A stretch of DNA of 64,000 bases from Candidatus Vogelbacteria bacterium RIFOXYD1_FULL_46_19 (GCA_001824825.1 MHTK01000006.1:252138-316137); one strand, 5' to 3'. Shown: positions 8,330 to 17,604, counted from the stretch's first letter. Numbers and translations: made by a program. Notes: generated from the letters alone by a model not told the origin.

Positions 8330-9751
8330 TTAAGATTTAAGCTTGTCAGTTAACAGTTTGGCTAAAACGCCCGGATTGGCCGACCCTTTAGACAACTTCA
8401 TCCCTTGTCCAATTAAAAATTGTAGAGATTTGGCATTCCCCGACTTAAACTCAGCGACCGCCGCTTCATTAGAGGCAAGCACCTCGTCGATAATGACTGT
8501 GAGTTCCCCGGCCTCACTTTTTTGGAACAAGTCTTTAGCTTCAGCAATAATCCTCGGTTCTCCACCCTCGGTCACCATAGCGAGCAGAATGTCTTTAGCT
8601 CCCCGTGAAGACACTTCTCCGCCCGCAATCATTGTTATTAAATCGGCCAAGCCTTTAGCCTCGGGCCAGCCGGTAACTCCATTTTTATGTAAACCAGCTA
8701 AATCGGAAGTTAGATAATTGGCTAAAACTTGCACCAGCTTTTGGTCCGACTCTAAAAGTTTGGCGCTCGCTTCAAACAAGTCAGCATAGGCCGGGTTCCC
8801 CACAAAAGTTTCAATATCCTCAGACTTAATACCGAAACTGTCGTGGTAACGCTCACGCTTAGTCGCCGGTAACTCGGGCAATAAATCCTTTAGATTTTGA
8901 AACTCGACAATTTCACTTATATATAATTTAGGTAAGTCCGGGTCAGGAAAATAGCGATAGTCGTGAGAAAATTCTTTTTTCCGCTGACTAAAGGTTCGAC
9001 TATTATTCTCATCCCAACCTCGAGTTTCTTGAATGACTGTTTCCCCTTTTTCCAACAACTCGATTTGACGCGCTTCTTCAAATTCAATGGCTCGCTCCAC
9101 CGCCCGAAAAGAATTGAGATTTTTTACCTCCACTTTGGTGCCCAAAGATTTATCGTCGCAGCTCACGGAAATGTTCGCTTCCACTCGCAGCTCACCTTTT
9201 TCCATATTAGCCTCAGACACATTGAGATATAAAGGTGACAGCAACAACTGAAGCTCGCGAGCAAAATCCCCGGCGGCTCTCGCACTATGAATCACCGGCT
9301 CGGTGACCAGCTCCATTAGGGGTACGCCGGCTCGATTGTAATCTACCAAACTACCCCCACCAGGAACATGTTGCGACCGGGCCGTATCCTCTTCCAAGTG
9401 TACCCGCGTAATGACCACACCTGCGAGACTCCCGCCGGTAACCAACGGGTATTTATACTGGCTAATTTGGTAAGCCTTGGGAATGTCTGGATAAAAATAG
9501 TTTTTGCGGTCAAACTCCGTAAAGTCGGCCAGTGTGCCCCCCAAAGCGGTCCCCACCTTTAGTACACTCTTGACCGCCTCTTTATTAATCACTGGCAAAG
9601 TGCCTGGGTGCGCCATACAAATTGGGCAAATGTTCTGATTCGGGCGCGTTTCGTCGGGATCGTTTTTGGACTGACAAAACATCTTGGTCTTGGTCGACAA
9701 CTCCACGTGAACTTCCAGACCCACCGTTAATGTGTATTTATCTTGAGGCAT
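8330..9751 (-). CDS. gatB: Asp-tRNA(Asn)/Glu-tRNA(Gln) amidotransferase subunit B
   Basis: GLEVHVEL, PGTLPV, FDRKNYFYPD, DYNRAGVPLME, YRYFPDPDLP; start moved to ATG 9751. Confidence 0.97.
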   Translation of the reverse strand: MPQDKYTLTVGLEVHVELSTKTKMFCQSKNDPDETRPNQNICPICMAHPGTLPVINKEAVKSVLKVGTALGGTLADFTEFDRKNYFYPDIPKAYQISQYKYPLVTGGSLAGVVITRVHLEEDTARSQHVPGGGSLVDYNRAGVPLMELVTEPVIHSARAAGDFARELQLLLSPLYLNVSEANMEKGELRVEANISVSCDDKSLGTKVEVKNLNSFRAVERAIEFEEARQIELLEKGETVIQETRGWDENNSRTFSQRKKEFSHDYRYFPDPDLPKLYISEIVEFQNLKDLLPELPATKRERYHDSFGIKSEDIETFVGNPAYADLFEASAKLLESDQKLVQVLANYLTSDLAGLHKNGVTGWPEAKGLADLITMIAGGEVSSRGAKDILLAMVTEGGEPRIIAEAKDLFQKSEAGELTVIIDEVLASNEAAVAEFKSGNAKSLQFLIGQGMKLSKGSANPGVLAKLLTDKLKS

Positions 9752-9808
9752 AATATTAGCCGCAGTATAGCTAAAAAGCCGAGTTCTGTCATTTTCCCCA
9801 CCACCCCC

Positions 9809-9860
9809 ACTTCCCAAGGTCAAGGTCGGACCTTGGGAAGTACAGGGGTTAAACCTTGGA
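9809..9860. repeat. REP-like palindromes between murB and gatB
   Basis: ACTTCCCAAGGTC/GACCTTGGGAAGT hairpin followed by GGTTAAACC. Confidence 0.5.
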
Positions 9861-9886
9861 GTGGGATGGACATGGTGTAATTTTAG

Positions 9887-10846
9887 TTAGGGTAGGAAAC
9901 GAACTTCTTCTTCTAAGGTAATACCAAACCGGTCTTGCACTTTTTGTTTGAGGCGAGTGGCTAGTTTTTTAGCATCGCTCGCCGTCCCACCACCTAAATT
10001 CATAATTAAGTTACCATGGAAATCGACCACGGCCATCTGCCCCTGTTTTAGACCTTTGGCCCCCACCACCTCTAGTAAATAGCCGGCTGGAATTTTGCCA
10101 TCAATAATTTTGGTCGGATCAACCAGTTTTAACGATCGCGCCGACACTTTGCTTACTAAAGGATTTTTAAAGTAGCTCCCCGGGCAAGCCAGTCCCGGCT
10201 TATACTTAGCTTGCCTTATTTTTATAATTTGCCGAGACTTCTTGGTAAGGGTTTCAGTATTACCTTTAGTTAATTTAAATTTAACACCAAGTACTAGCCA
10301 TGGCTTATACTTAAAAATACTGTCGCGATAATTAAACCGACAAGTCACTCGATCGACCCATCGGATGACTTGTCCATCAAATATTTCTACCGCAAGTAAA
10401 TGGTCACTAATGCTTTGACCATAAGCACCGGCATTGCCCACCACTGCTCCGCCCACTGTGCCCGGAATACCAGATAATGATTCTAAGCCCGCACGACCTT
10501 GGCTTATGACTTTTTTAATCAAACTGGCTAAAGATAACCCTGCCTCGACATAAACTTGACCAGTGGGTCCTATGGTTAAAGCGTCTTTAGCTAAAGGATT
10601 GGTCAGGTAATGAATATATAATTTAGTAGACGGGCGACCAGGAAAAACCACATTACTCCCCCCGGCAAAAATGACATAGGAAATCTTAGTGGTTTGCGCT
10701 TTTTTAACCGCCTCCACTAAACTCTGTTTATCTTTCACTGCTAAATAAAAGGGAGCTACGCCGCCAATTTTAAAAGTCGTCAGCTCGGCTAAAGAGACTT
10801 TAGTTTGTCCAGTCGGCCAAATTTGTTTCAAGTTTTTAACAGTCAT
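9887..10846 (-). CDS. murB: UDP-N-acetylmuramate dehydrogenase
   Basis: TTFKIGG, GGSN, GIPGTVGGA..NAGAYG, YRDSIFK, GSYFKNP, HGNLIMN, LEEEV. Confidence 0.95.
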   Translation of the reverse strand: MTVKNLKQIWPTGQTKVSLAELTTFKIGGVAPFYLAVKDKQSLVEAVKKAQTTKISYVIFAGGSNVVFPGRPSTKLYIHYLTNPLAKDALTIGPTGQVYVEAGLSLASLIKKVISQGRAGLESLSGIPGTVGGAVVGNAGAYGQSISDHLLAVEIFDGQVIRWVDRVTCRFNYRDSIFKYKPWLVLGVKFKLTKGNTETLTKKSRQIIKIRQAKYKPGLACPGSYFKNPLVSKVSARSLKLVDPTKIIDGKIPAGYLLEVVGAKGLKQGQMAVVDFHGNLIMNLGGGTASDAKKLATRLKQKVQDRFGITLEEEVRFLP

Positions 10847-10881
10847 GGTCCAACAGTATAACTCAAGAAAACCAGCGCCAC

Positions 10882-10918
10882 AAAAAAACCCGCCCGGCTT
10901 AAAGCCGGGCGGGTTTTT
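10882..10918 (-). terminator. Intrinsic terminator (possibly bidirectional)
   Basis: AAAAACCCGCCCGGCTT-A-AAGCCGGGCGGGTTTTT perfect hairpin. Confidence 0.85.
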
Positions 10919-10941
10919 AGTTTAACTTAAACGCAAGTCCT

Positions 10942-11574
10942 TTATTCAGCGGACAAAACACGGAAGAAATACTGAGTGTTAGCAGACAAACCAGTTAAAG
11001 TAACAGCGTGTTCAGTGACTTTGTTATCATCACGTGAAGTGGAGTTGCTATAACCATAGTTTGGAGCAGATCCAATAGTGTCACCATTCTCGGCCCGGCG
11101 GGAAGCCGTGTCGTAAATAACTCGGCTAGTCGCTGGTCGGTTGGTAGTCCAACGAACAATAGCGCTCGACTGAGTAATGTCGGTTACCCGAACATTAGTG
11201 ATTAAAAGGTCTTCCTCATCAGCTTCACCAATCGTAACAGAAATGGTGTCAGTATCAGTCTGACCAGTAGCGAAATCGGTTACCCGGTAGGTAACAGTTT
11301 TGGTCCCAGAAGCAGTATAGCTATGGGTTTCGTTCTGACCAGCATCCTGTGTGCCATCACCCCAAGTCCAGTTGTAGTCATAATTGGACTCAACCCCAGA
11401 ACCACCAGTGGCAGATCCGGTAAAAGAAATGGTCTCATTCACATCGAAAGTTGAGCCAGTAGCTGGACTGTCGATAGAAGCCACCAAAGCCGGCGACTGA
11501 GCCGCGGCCAAAGATGGAGCAATAATGGCTACTGCCATCACCACGCCCATCAAGGTATTGATTACATTTTTCAT
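10942..11574 (-). CDS. Secreted PKD-domain protein with C-terminally incomplete FN3-like domain
   Basis: Signal peptide; PKD motif YNWTWGDG..THSY..G; FN3-like AIVRWTT..H.VTLTGL..NTQYFFRV ending at SAE*. Confidence 0.8.
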   Translation of the reverse strand: MKNVINTLMGVVMAVAIIAPSLAAAQSPALVASIDSPATGSTFDVNETISFTGSATGGSGVESNYDYNWTWGDGTQDAGQNETHSYTASGTKTVTYRVTDFATGQTDTDTISVTIGEADEEDLLITNVRVTDITQSSAIVRWTTNRPATSRVIYDTASRRAENGDTIGSAPNYGYSNSTSRDDNKVTEHAVTLTGLSANTQYFFRVLSAE

Positions 11575-11666
11575 AATTAAAATCTTTTAACTTTGCTAAT
11601 ATCTACCTATTTATAACGTTGAAATCAGCCAAAACTAACGGTTAAGGCCTATTTCCAAGATCATCC

Positions 11667-11696
11667 ATTACTACCACGGATATAAAAAATATGCAA
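11667..11696 (-). promoter_or_regulatory. Putative promoter
   Basis: TTGCAT-N17-TAGTAAT. Confidence 0.45.
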
Positions 11697-11756
11697 GGGG
11701 TCAGGGCCCCTAGCCGACTGGGGCTAAAAATGGCTAAGTTGGCCCTAAATTTAGGC

Positions 11757-11792
11757 AAAAATAAACCCCCAAGCGCGAAGCTCGGGGGGTAT
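11757..11792 (-). terminator. Intrinsic terminator
   Basis: CCCCCGAGC-TTCGC-GCTTGGGGG hairpin then TTTATTTT on minus strand. Confidence 0.65.
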
Positions 11793-11818
11793 AGGGTAAA
11801 CAAGAATACAAAGATCTA

Positions 11819-14209
11819 TTACTCGACGACAATTAGGAGCGAGGTCGTCGCCCGTTCGTCAGCGTCGTCGGCCGAGAAGCGGAGTGGTCCGTCTCCCGAC
11901 TGGATACGCGATTGCCATTCCTTACGCAGAATAACCTGACGCGGATTGGACGCATGTGGATACACGCGCCACATCGAACCGACACTGCCACCGAGGTTTT
12001 CAGTGACTTGTCCACTGGCGGACAAGCTAAACTGAATTCTCTGACCATCGGGCGCCTGGGCCACGATATCAAACGGCGCTAGGCCATTTAAGATCATGAC
12101 TTCAAGCTCACCAAATTCTCCGGTGGCATAGGTCGGAACGCTGCCCACCAGCCGGTGCACAGTGTCAGTAATGATAACCTCAATCTGGAGTGGCTCCGGG
12201 TCGGGCTCGGTCCCTTTGGACACAGTGTAAGCCACCGCGCTGCCCAAAGGAACCTGAGTCCCTGCTGTCGGATTCTGCGAGAGAACCTCGCCAACCGGCC
12301 GGGAGCTGAACTCCTGATTGACGTTGCCGGTTGTTAAGCCGACTGCCGTCAATGATGTATTGGCGGCTGCTTGTTGCAGACCGACAATATTGGGGACGTT
12401 AACATTATCTGGTCCCTTGGAAACGGTGTAGTTCACCGCACTACCACGGGCCACAGAAGTGCCAGCCGCCGGACTTTGCGAGAGAACCTCGCCAACCGGC
12501 CGGGAGCTGAACACTTGATTGACGGTGCCGGTTATTAAGCCGGACGCTGTCAAAGCAGAGTTCGCAGCCGCTTGTTGTAGGCCGACAATACCAGGTACTG
12601 TCGCCTGTTCCGGCTCGGGCTCGACAACGGTAAGCCGAAGACTGGCCTCGGCCACCTGCCCACACTCATCCGATACCCGTACTCGGACCGGATTATCCTC
12701 CGGCCCAATAGCGGACGCGAACTTCTTAAGCACTTGAACTCGCCCGTCAGTAAGCATTGTGGGCGTCTCGAACGATTCGTCCAGGTCCTCTGGACTCTCC
12801 ACCACAATCGACCCGTCTTCATAGTAGACGAAGTCCATCTGGAGGGAATCCGGGGTCTGCAGACGGACGTTAATGTCGTCCGTCGACGGGCCAAAGTTAA
12901 AGATAAAGACAACCGTGTCTCCCACCTCAAACTCGGTCCGTCCGCCTTGGGTAGCGAAGGAAAGCTCAAGCTCCGGGCATTCACCTTCTCCCTCGCCCTC
13001 ACCTTCCCCTTCACCTTCTCCCTCGCCCTCACCGCCCACCGCTTCGAAGACGGCTGTCACCGTCTGGTCACGGTCCATAATGACAGTGTTAAAGGCCAGG
13101 GTTCGGTCGGGGTTACTAACTGGGCCGTCGAAGCGGACAAACTCCCACCCGGCCAAAGGCTCAGCCGAGAGATTAACCACTTCTCCCTCGTCGTAGTAGT
13201 ACACCCCAGGAGCCGGGGTCGTCATCCCACCAGTGGTCGGCGGTGACACCAAAATGGTCAGTTGAAACTGATCCACCGGACAAGGCCCCGTGGATACGAC
13301 CAAATCAATCTCCGCCCCAAACGGCCAATTACGACCGCCGACCGGATTTTGACTGATGACCCGACCAGCAACAACAGTGTCGCTACACTGGCGGGCCACT
13401 GCCCCCACGACAAAGTCGTGATCCTCGATTATATCCCGAGCTTCCTGCTCGGGACGACCAACCACCTCCGGCACCGAGCCGGTGGTGGGATCAGGCGGAT
13501 TACAAGCAGCCGCTGAAAGCCGATAGTCATCGGCTCCCAACGCCGTCTCGCCGTCCAAAGTCACTCGGATGTTGTACCACGAAGGCACTTCATCAAAGAT
13601 TCTAAAAACTGCGAAAGGCGGAGCCAGCGGAGCTCCATCCCCATCGTCCGGCACCGCATAATCCGACTCCGGTCGGTGAATCTGACCAAGCAAGGCCGAC
13701 CAAATCCACACCGAGAAGTAATTAACTCCCACAGTGTATTGGTAGGTATAAGGGGGGCGTGGGGTCCATCGGGTATAAATCACCCGAGAAGCAAACAAGG
13801 TGGGCATCCACAGATTACCGTAAATACCACCAATCTCGACGATGGACCCACCACCGAGACTTTTTAGTGACTCCAACGACTCCAGATGCGCTTTTTGTGC
13901 CGCTGAATCGTTAAAAATCACCTCAACTGGTCGCGCTTGTAGGGAGTCCCCTGTACTTTCGTAGCGGATTTGCTCCCAGGGTACCAGATCCCCCTGCTCG
14001 TTTTCTTTGAGCAGTTGGAAAGTAGCCCCAGCGGCCGGCTTACTGGCCTCAGCCCCGATATATTGCTCAGTGCAACCAGCCACTGTCTGAGTGAACGTGT
14101 AAACGTCCACCCCAAGTGTCGGTACCGGCGCCGGCGGACTCGGGCAACCACTCAAAACTGCCAGAGCTGCCGCCACTACCGCCAAAAAAACCACTGTCCG
14201 CTTGTCCAT
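11819..14209 (-). CDS. Lipoprotein with 3 PASTA domains, a divergent InlB B-repeat and a (GE)n linker
   Basis: Lipobox LSGC; three VP.(V/I)VG..V.SQ.P..G..V...VS.G PASTA repeats; GEGEGE run; GAGGAGGA SD; visibly GC-richer than flanks. Confidence 0.85.
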   Translation of the reverse strand: MDKRTVVFLAVVAAALAVLSGCPSPPAPVPTLGVDVYTFTQTVAGCTEQYIGAEASKPAAGATFQLLKENEQGDLVPWEQIRYESTGDSLQARPVEVIFNDSAAQKAHLESLESLKSLGGGSIVEIGGIYGNLWMPTLFASRVIYTRWTPRPPYTYQYTVGVNYFSVWIWSALLGQIHRPESDYAVPDDGDGAPLAPPFAVFRIFDEVPSWYNIRVTLDGETALGADDYRLSAAACNPPDPTTGSVPEVVGRPEQEARDIIEDHDFVVGAVARQCSDTVVAGRVISQNPVGGRNWPFGAEIDLVVSTGPCPVDQFQLTILVSPPTTGGMTTPAPGVYYYDEGEVVNLSAEPLAGWEFVRFDGPVSNPDRTLAFNTVIMDRDQTVTAVFEAVGGEGEGEGEGEGEGEGEGECPELELSFATQGGRTEFEVGDTVVFIFNFGPSTDDINVRLQTPDSLQMDFVYYEDGSIVVESPEDLDESFETPTMLTDGRVQVLKKFASAIGPEDNPVRVRVSDECGQVAEASLRLTVVEPEPEQATVPGIVGLQQAAANSALTASGLITGTVNQVFSSRPVGEVLSQSPAAGTSVARGSAVNYTVSKGPDNVNVPNIVGLQQAAANTSLTAVGLTTGNVNQEFSSRPVGEVLSQNPTAGTQVPLGSAVAYTVSKGTEPDPEPLQIEVIITDTVHRLVGSVPTYATGEFGELEVMILNGLAPFDIVAQAPDGQRIQFSLSASGQVTENLGGSVGSMWRVYPHASNPRQVILRKEWQSRIQSGDGPLRFSADDADERATTSLLIVVE

Positions 14210-14302
14210 CGCACGTCCTCCTCTTTTTTTCTCTAAACTCTAATCCCTCCAGCCACTTAACTAAAAGGATATTTGACAAAGATGCTACTTGTCACTGCCA
14301 AC

Positions 14303-14331
14303 ATTACTAGCATTTTTGGTGGATTTGTCAA
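14303..14331 (-). promoter_or_regulatory. Putative promoter
   Basis: TTGACA-N16-TAGTAAT. Confidence 0.45.
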
Positions 14332-14361
14332 GGGTAAAGTTTTTAACTCTACCTTGGCCTA

Positions 14362-14407
14362 AACCACCGCCTCCGGACAGCCCGAGGGCTGCCCGGAGGT
14401 GGTGGTT
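14362..14407 (-). terminator. Long GC-rich hairpin / terminator
   Basis: AACCACCGCCTCCGGACAGCCC-GA-GGGCTGCCCGGAGGTGGTGGTT. Confidence 0.6.
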
Positions 14408-14466
14408 AAAATCAAACCAAAGACTAATACTAACCCAAGTGAAACCGTCATCAATCGGAATTAGCC

Positions 14467-16824
14467 TCAGTATTTTTCCGGCACAATGACGGTTTCCAAT
14501 TCTTCTTCGGCCTCTTTCTTATCCACCGAAGCAGCCCCTAAAGGTATGGCTGCTTGCCCACCGTCCACCATCGCCTCCGCGTCATTACCATTAACTTGAT
14601 TGTATTCAGAAATTACTTCATCAGTCTCTTCCTGTACCGGGGCCGTTTCTGCTCCTTCTCCAACCAGTGGAAAAGCCCCCAGCTCGGCCTCGGCTTCATT
14701 GATTAAATTATTAGATTCTTCCAAGAGTTCTCGCTCCTTCCTAACTTGAGATAAACGGTATGCCAACCAACCGATAAGACCCACGAGGACAAGGGCTAGT
14801 AGAATCAGGCCAACCAAGAGCCAAGCCCTAAAATCCCAGTCATCACTAGAAAAAATCGAGCTGAAGCCCGCCGCCGCCAAGTGAATTAGATTGCGAGATT
14901 TAGTTTCCACCGCTTGAGGTAAGTCTAAATCGAGAGGAGCAAAACCTTGACCTTCCCGCACTAACGGTGGGTAAATCAAAAGTTCCGCCCCACTACCCTT
15001 ACCAAGACCCGTCGCTCCGTAACCTGACCAAGCAACGTGGCCAGCCCCGGCCATAACACCAGCCGGTAGCTGAAGTTCCAAACGAATCGGGTCATCAATT
15101 TCACAGTACAGATAGTTAATCTTTAGCATCGTCGTAATGTACACATAGCCGGTCGGATCGGTAATGCCCCAAGTGTGCAGAACATCCTCGGCGTAACGCA
15201 ATTGGAAAGATTTCACCGCCTCAAAAGTTTGCAAGTCGTAATAACCAGTAAGTGGTACATTAAATCCCTCATAGTTAAGTAAGAACCACTGCAGTTTCAA
15301 AACCTCAGTCGGATTATTAGCCTGACCCAAGCGAATAAATTCGCGCAAGTAAACCGGGCAAGCTGAAGCGAGGACTTCATCGCGATCAACCCGACGACGG
15401 CCACCGCCTCCGCCACCACCTCCGTTGTCGTCATCATCATCTCCTCCGCCGCCGCCATTTGAGGTGGTAAACGAGTACTCATCGGAAATTTCTTCATCAA
15501 GCGGTGGCTCACCACTACCAGATGTAGTAAAAGAGTACTCAGTTGACACCACTTCATCTAGTGGCGGTTCGCCGCCACCACCATCGGTTGTAGTGAAAGA
15601 ATGTTCGTCCGAAACAACTTCATCAATAGGTGGTTCGCCGCCACCACTGGTAGTGGTAAATGCATACTCAGCTGACACCACTTCATCAAGCGGTGGTTCG
15701 CCCCCATCATCTCTATCGGTCACAAATGAGTATTCCACGGAAACAACTTCTTGTCCTATAGAATCTGTCCTAAAGGTATACTCCTCAGACACCACCTCAT
15801 CAAGCGGTGGTTCTCCACCATCAGACAAAGTGGTAAATGAATACTCCAGGGAAACAGTTTCCTCAAGTGGTGGTTCTTCTCCACCACCATCAGTGGTAAA
15901 GAAGTGTTCCATCGACACTACCTCGTCTAATAAGGGTGGTTCAACATCTCCAGGGAGGGTAACAAAGTTAAATTCCCCAGAAACTGCCTCGGTTAAAGCT
16001 GGTTCCTGGCTATCGGACAAAGTATTAAAAGTATGCTCTAAGGAAACAACTTCCCCAGCTTCTTCAGTAAGGGCAAGGGTAGTAAAGTCATATTCCCCAG
16101 AAACTGCCTCGGTTAAAGCTGGTTCCTGGCTATCGGACAAAGTATTAAAAGTATTTTCCGCCGATACCACCTCGATCTCAGTCTCATTGTCATCCAAATT
16201 CTCGGCAGTGGTGAAACTATTTTCCAAGGAAACAATTTCAAATCCTAGGTTATCCCCACCATCAGCATCAGGATCAAAAGGGTCAGCCGATGGCGGTGTC
16301 ATCCCACCGGGTGTACCAGGAGTGCTAGAGGCCACTGGAGGAACAAATGGTACGTCTTCTCCTTCAGTTTCTAGCTCGGAGGTACTAGAAGCCATCGGCG
16401 GTATCAGTATTGCTTGGTCATTTTCCAATGCAGAAGTGGAAGTAGCACTATCGGTTTCCTCGGTCATATTGGTCATAGGAGTACTTGAAGCCACCGGGGG
16501 CACCTCTACTTTTTCTGCCTCAAAAGTAGCTGGATCCTCCTCCCCACCAAGGGCCTTCTGCCCTTCCTCTGTCTCACCAATAAGAGCCAGTTCTGACTCA
16601 ACCCCTCCAGTAAGCGGAAGCTGCTCATCCTTATCTTCAACCATATCATCATTTGTTTCTTCTTGGGCTTGAGTTTCTGGTTGTGCTACTGTTTCCACTA
16701 CTGCCTGATCAACACTCTCCGCTTCGGCTAAAATTGGAGTTAAACCAACCACCGCAAACAGCCCAAAAGCTACCGCTACGGTAATAAAAATGGAATAAAG
16801 TGGATAATTTTTTGTAGTAAACAT
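14467..16824 (-). CDS. Acidic membrane-anchored surface protein with 13 EVVSxEYxFTT repeats and a peptidoglycan-binding domain
   Basis: N-terminal signal/TM; repeat array; Gly-rich linker; PG_binding_1-like EVLKLQWFL..TGYYD..T..AVKSFQ..TGYVY..T; C-terminal TM. Confidence 0.8.
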   Translation of the reverse strand: MFTTKNYPLYSIFITVAVAFGLFAVVGLTPILAEAESVDQAVVETVAQPETQAQEETNDDMVEDKDEQLPLTGGVESELALIGETEEGQKALGGEEDPATFEAEKVEVPPVASSTPMTNMTEETDSATSTSALENDQAILIPPMASSTSELETEGEDVPFVPPVASSTPGTPGGMTPPSADPFDPDADGGDNLGFEIVSLENSFTTAENLDDNETEIEVVSAENTFNTLSDSQEPALTEAVSGEYDFTTLALTEEAGEVVSLEHTFNTLSDSQEPALTEAVSGEFNFVTLPGDVEPPLLDEVVSMEHFFTTDGGGEEPPLEETVSLEYSFTTLSDGGEPPLDEVVSEEYTFRTDSIGQEVVSVEYSFVTDRDDGGEPPLDEVVSAEYAFTTTSGGGEPPIDEVVSDEHSFTTTDGGGGEPPLDEVVSTEYSFTTSGSGEPPLDEEISDEYSFTTSNGGGGGDDDDDNGGGGGGGGRRRVDRDEVLASACPVYLREFIRLGQANNPTEVLKLQWFLLNYEGFNVPLTGYYDLQTFEAVKSFQLRYAEDVLHTWGITDPTGYVYITTMLKINYLYCEIDDPIRLELQLPAGVMAGAGHVAWSGYGATGLGKGSGAELLIYPPLVREGQGFAPLDLDLPQAVETKSRNLIHLAAAGFSSIFSSDDWDFRAWLLVGLILLALVLVGLIGWLAYRLSQVRKERELLEESNNLINEAEAELGAFPLVGEGAETAPVQEETDEVISEYNQVNGNDAEAMVDGGQAAIPLGAASVDKKEAEEELETVIVPEKY
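15463..16239 (-). repeat. Intragenic array of 13 peptide repeats
   Basis: Consensus E-V-V-S-x-E-[YHNF]-x-F-x-T; an identical ~60-bp block recurs at 15972 and 16092 (120-bp offset). Confidence 0.9.
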
Positions 16825-16968
16825 AAATATAAAAAAGCGACGAAACGGCTTCGTTTAAGGACAAACTGGAGAAAAAATTTTGTAAAGAAAAGCGATCGGC
16901 CCTACCTTCGTAGTGAGAAGAAATTCACTATCATCGTCCGACCCAAAAGAACTATATTCTTAATTGAT

Positions 16969-16998
16969 ATTACTAGTACTTCTAAACAACTTTGTCAA
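16969..16998 (-). promoter_or_regulatory. Putative promoter
   Basis: TTGACA-N17-TAGTAAT. Confidence 0.5.
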
Positions 16999-17259
16999 GT
17001 ATAAAGCGATTATATTTCCTAGCTAGAAAAAGAATCCTCTCGACTAATAAACTGTTTGACTGGTCATAACTTACAAACCCTCGCCACCTCAAATTAGTAG
17101 GGTGATCAAGAAATTAAAATTGACCCCTTATCCACGTTTTTGTCCTATAAAAAGCCTTGGCTGTCGGTTATATAGGACAATTTATGAGATATGTCCTATA
17201 TGATTTTTTACCGTCAACTTAAATCAAAAACTCTTAAAAGATAGGGATTATTAAGAATT

Positions 17260-17291
17260 AAAAAAGAGTCCGGACATTACTATCCGAACTC
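17260..17291 (-). terminator. Intrinsic terminator
   Basis: GAGTTCGGA/TCCGGACTC hairpin then TTTTTT on minus strand. Confidence 0.65.
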
Positions 17292-17316
17292 AACAATAAA
17301 AAACAAAAAATTTAGA

Positions 17317-17544
17317 CTATTTGTTCAATTCCCGATAGAGGCTGTCGGGGCCGCGCATCCCTCCCCCATAGTAAAAGGTGAGATTGCGTTCGTCCTGATC
17401 GAAGCTGAAGAAAGTCGCGGGCAGACTCTGGTTTTTGTCGGTCGCCCACACCCCCTCGCGCAGTCCGATCATAATGATCAAGACTCCGACGAGAAAAAGT
17501 AGACACAGCTTTTTGGCCTCGTTCTTCTTCGCTCGGCTTAACAC
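17317..17544 (-). CDS. Small secreted or membrane protein (75 aa), strong-SD cassette
   Basis: GAGGGGAGG 5 nt before GTG; hydrophobic helix LCLLFLVGVLIIMIGL. Confidence 0.6.
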   Translation of the reverse strand: MLSRAKKNEAKKLCLLFLVGVLIIMIGLREGVWATDKNQSLPATFFSFDQDERNLTFYYGGGMRGPDSLYRELNK

Positions 17545-17604
17545 TCAAACCTCCCCTCTACGTTCCTGCGATAGTAATTAAAGACCTCTGATTCCACTGT
17601 TTGC

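Noticed and set aside
9752-9823. N-terminal extension of GatB in the ORF track
   Set aside because: Crosses a -10 box and a palindrome; homology starts at MPQDKY
11833-14489. Many overlapping short ORFs in alternative frames
   Set aside because: Expected in a GC-rich gene with few stop codons; no signals of their own
15463-16239. Repeat array as CRISPR
   Set aside because: Repeats are degenerate, in frame and conserved at protein level; no cas genes in the window
15425-16672. 415-aa Ser-rich plus-strand ORF
   Set aside because: Antisense shadow of the Glu-rich repeat protein; no independent expression signals
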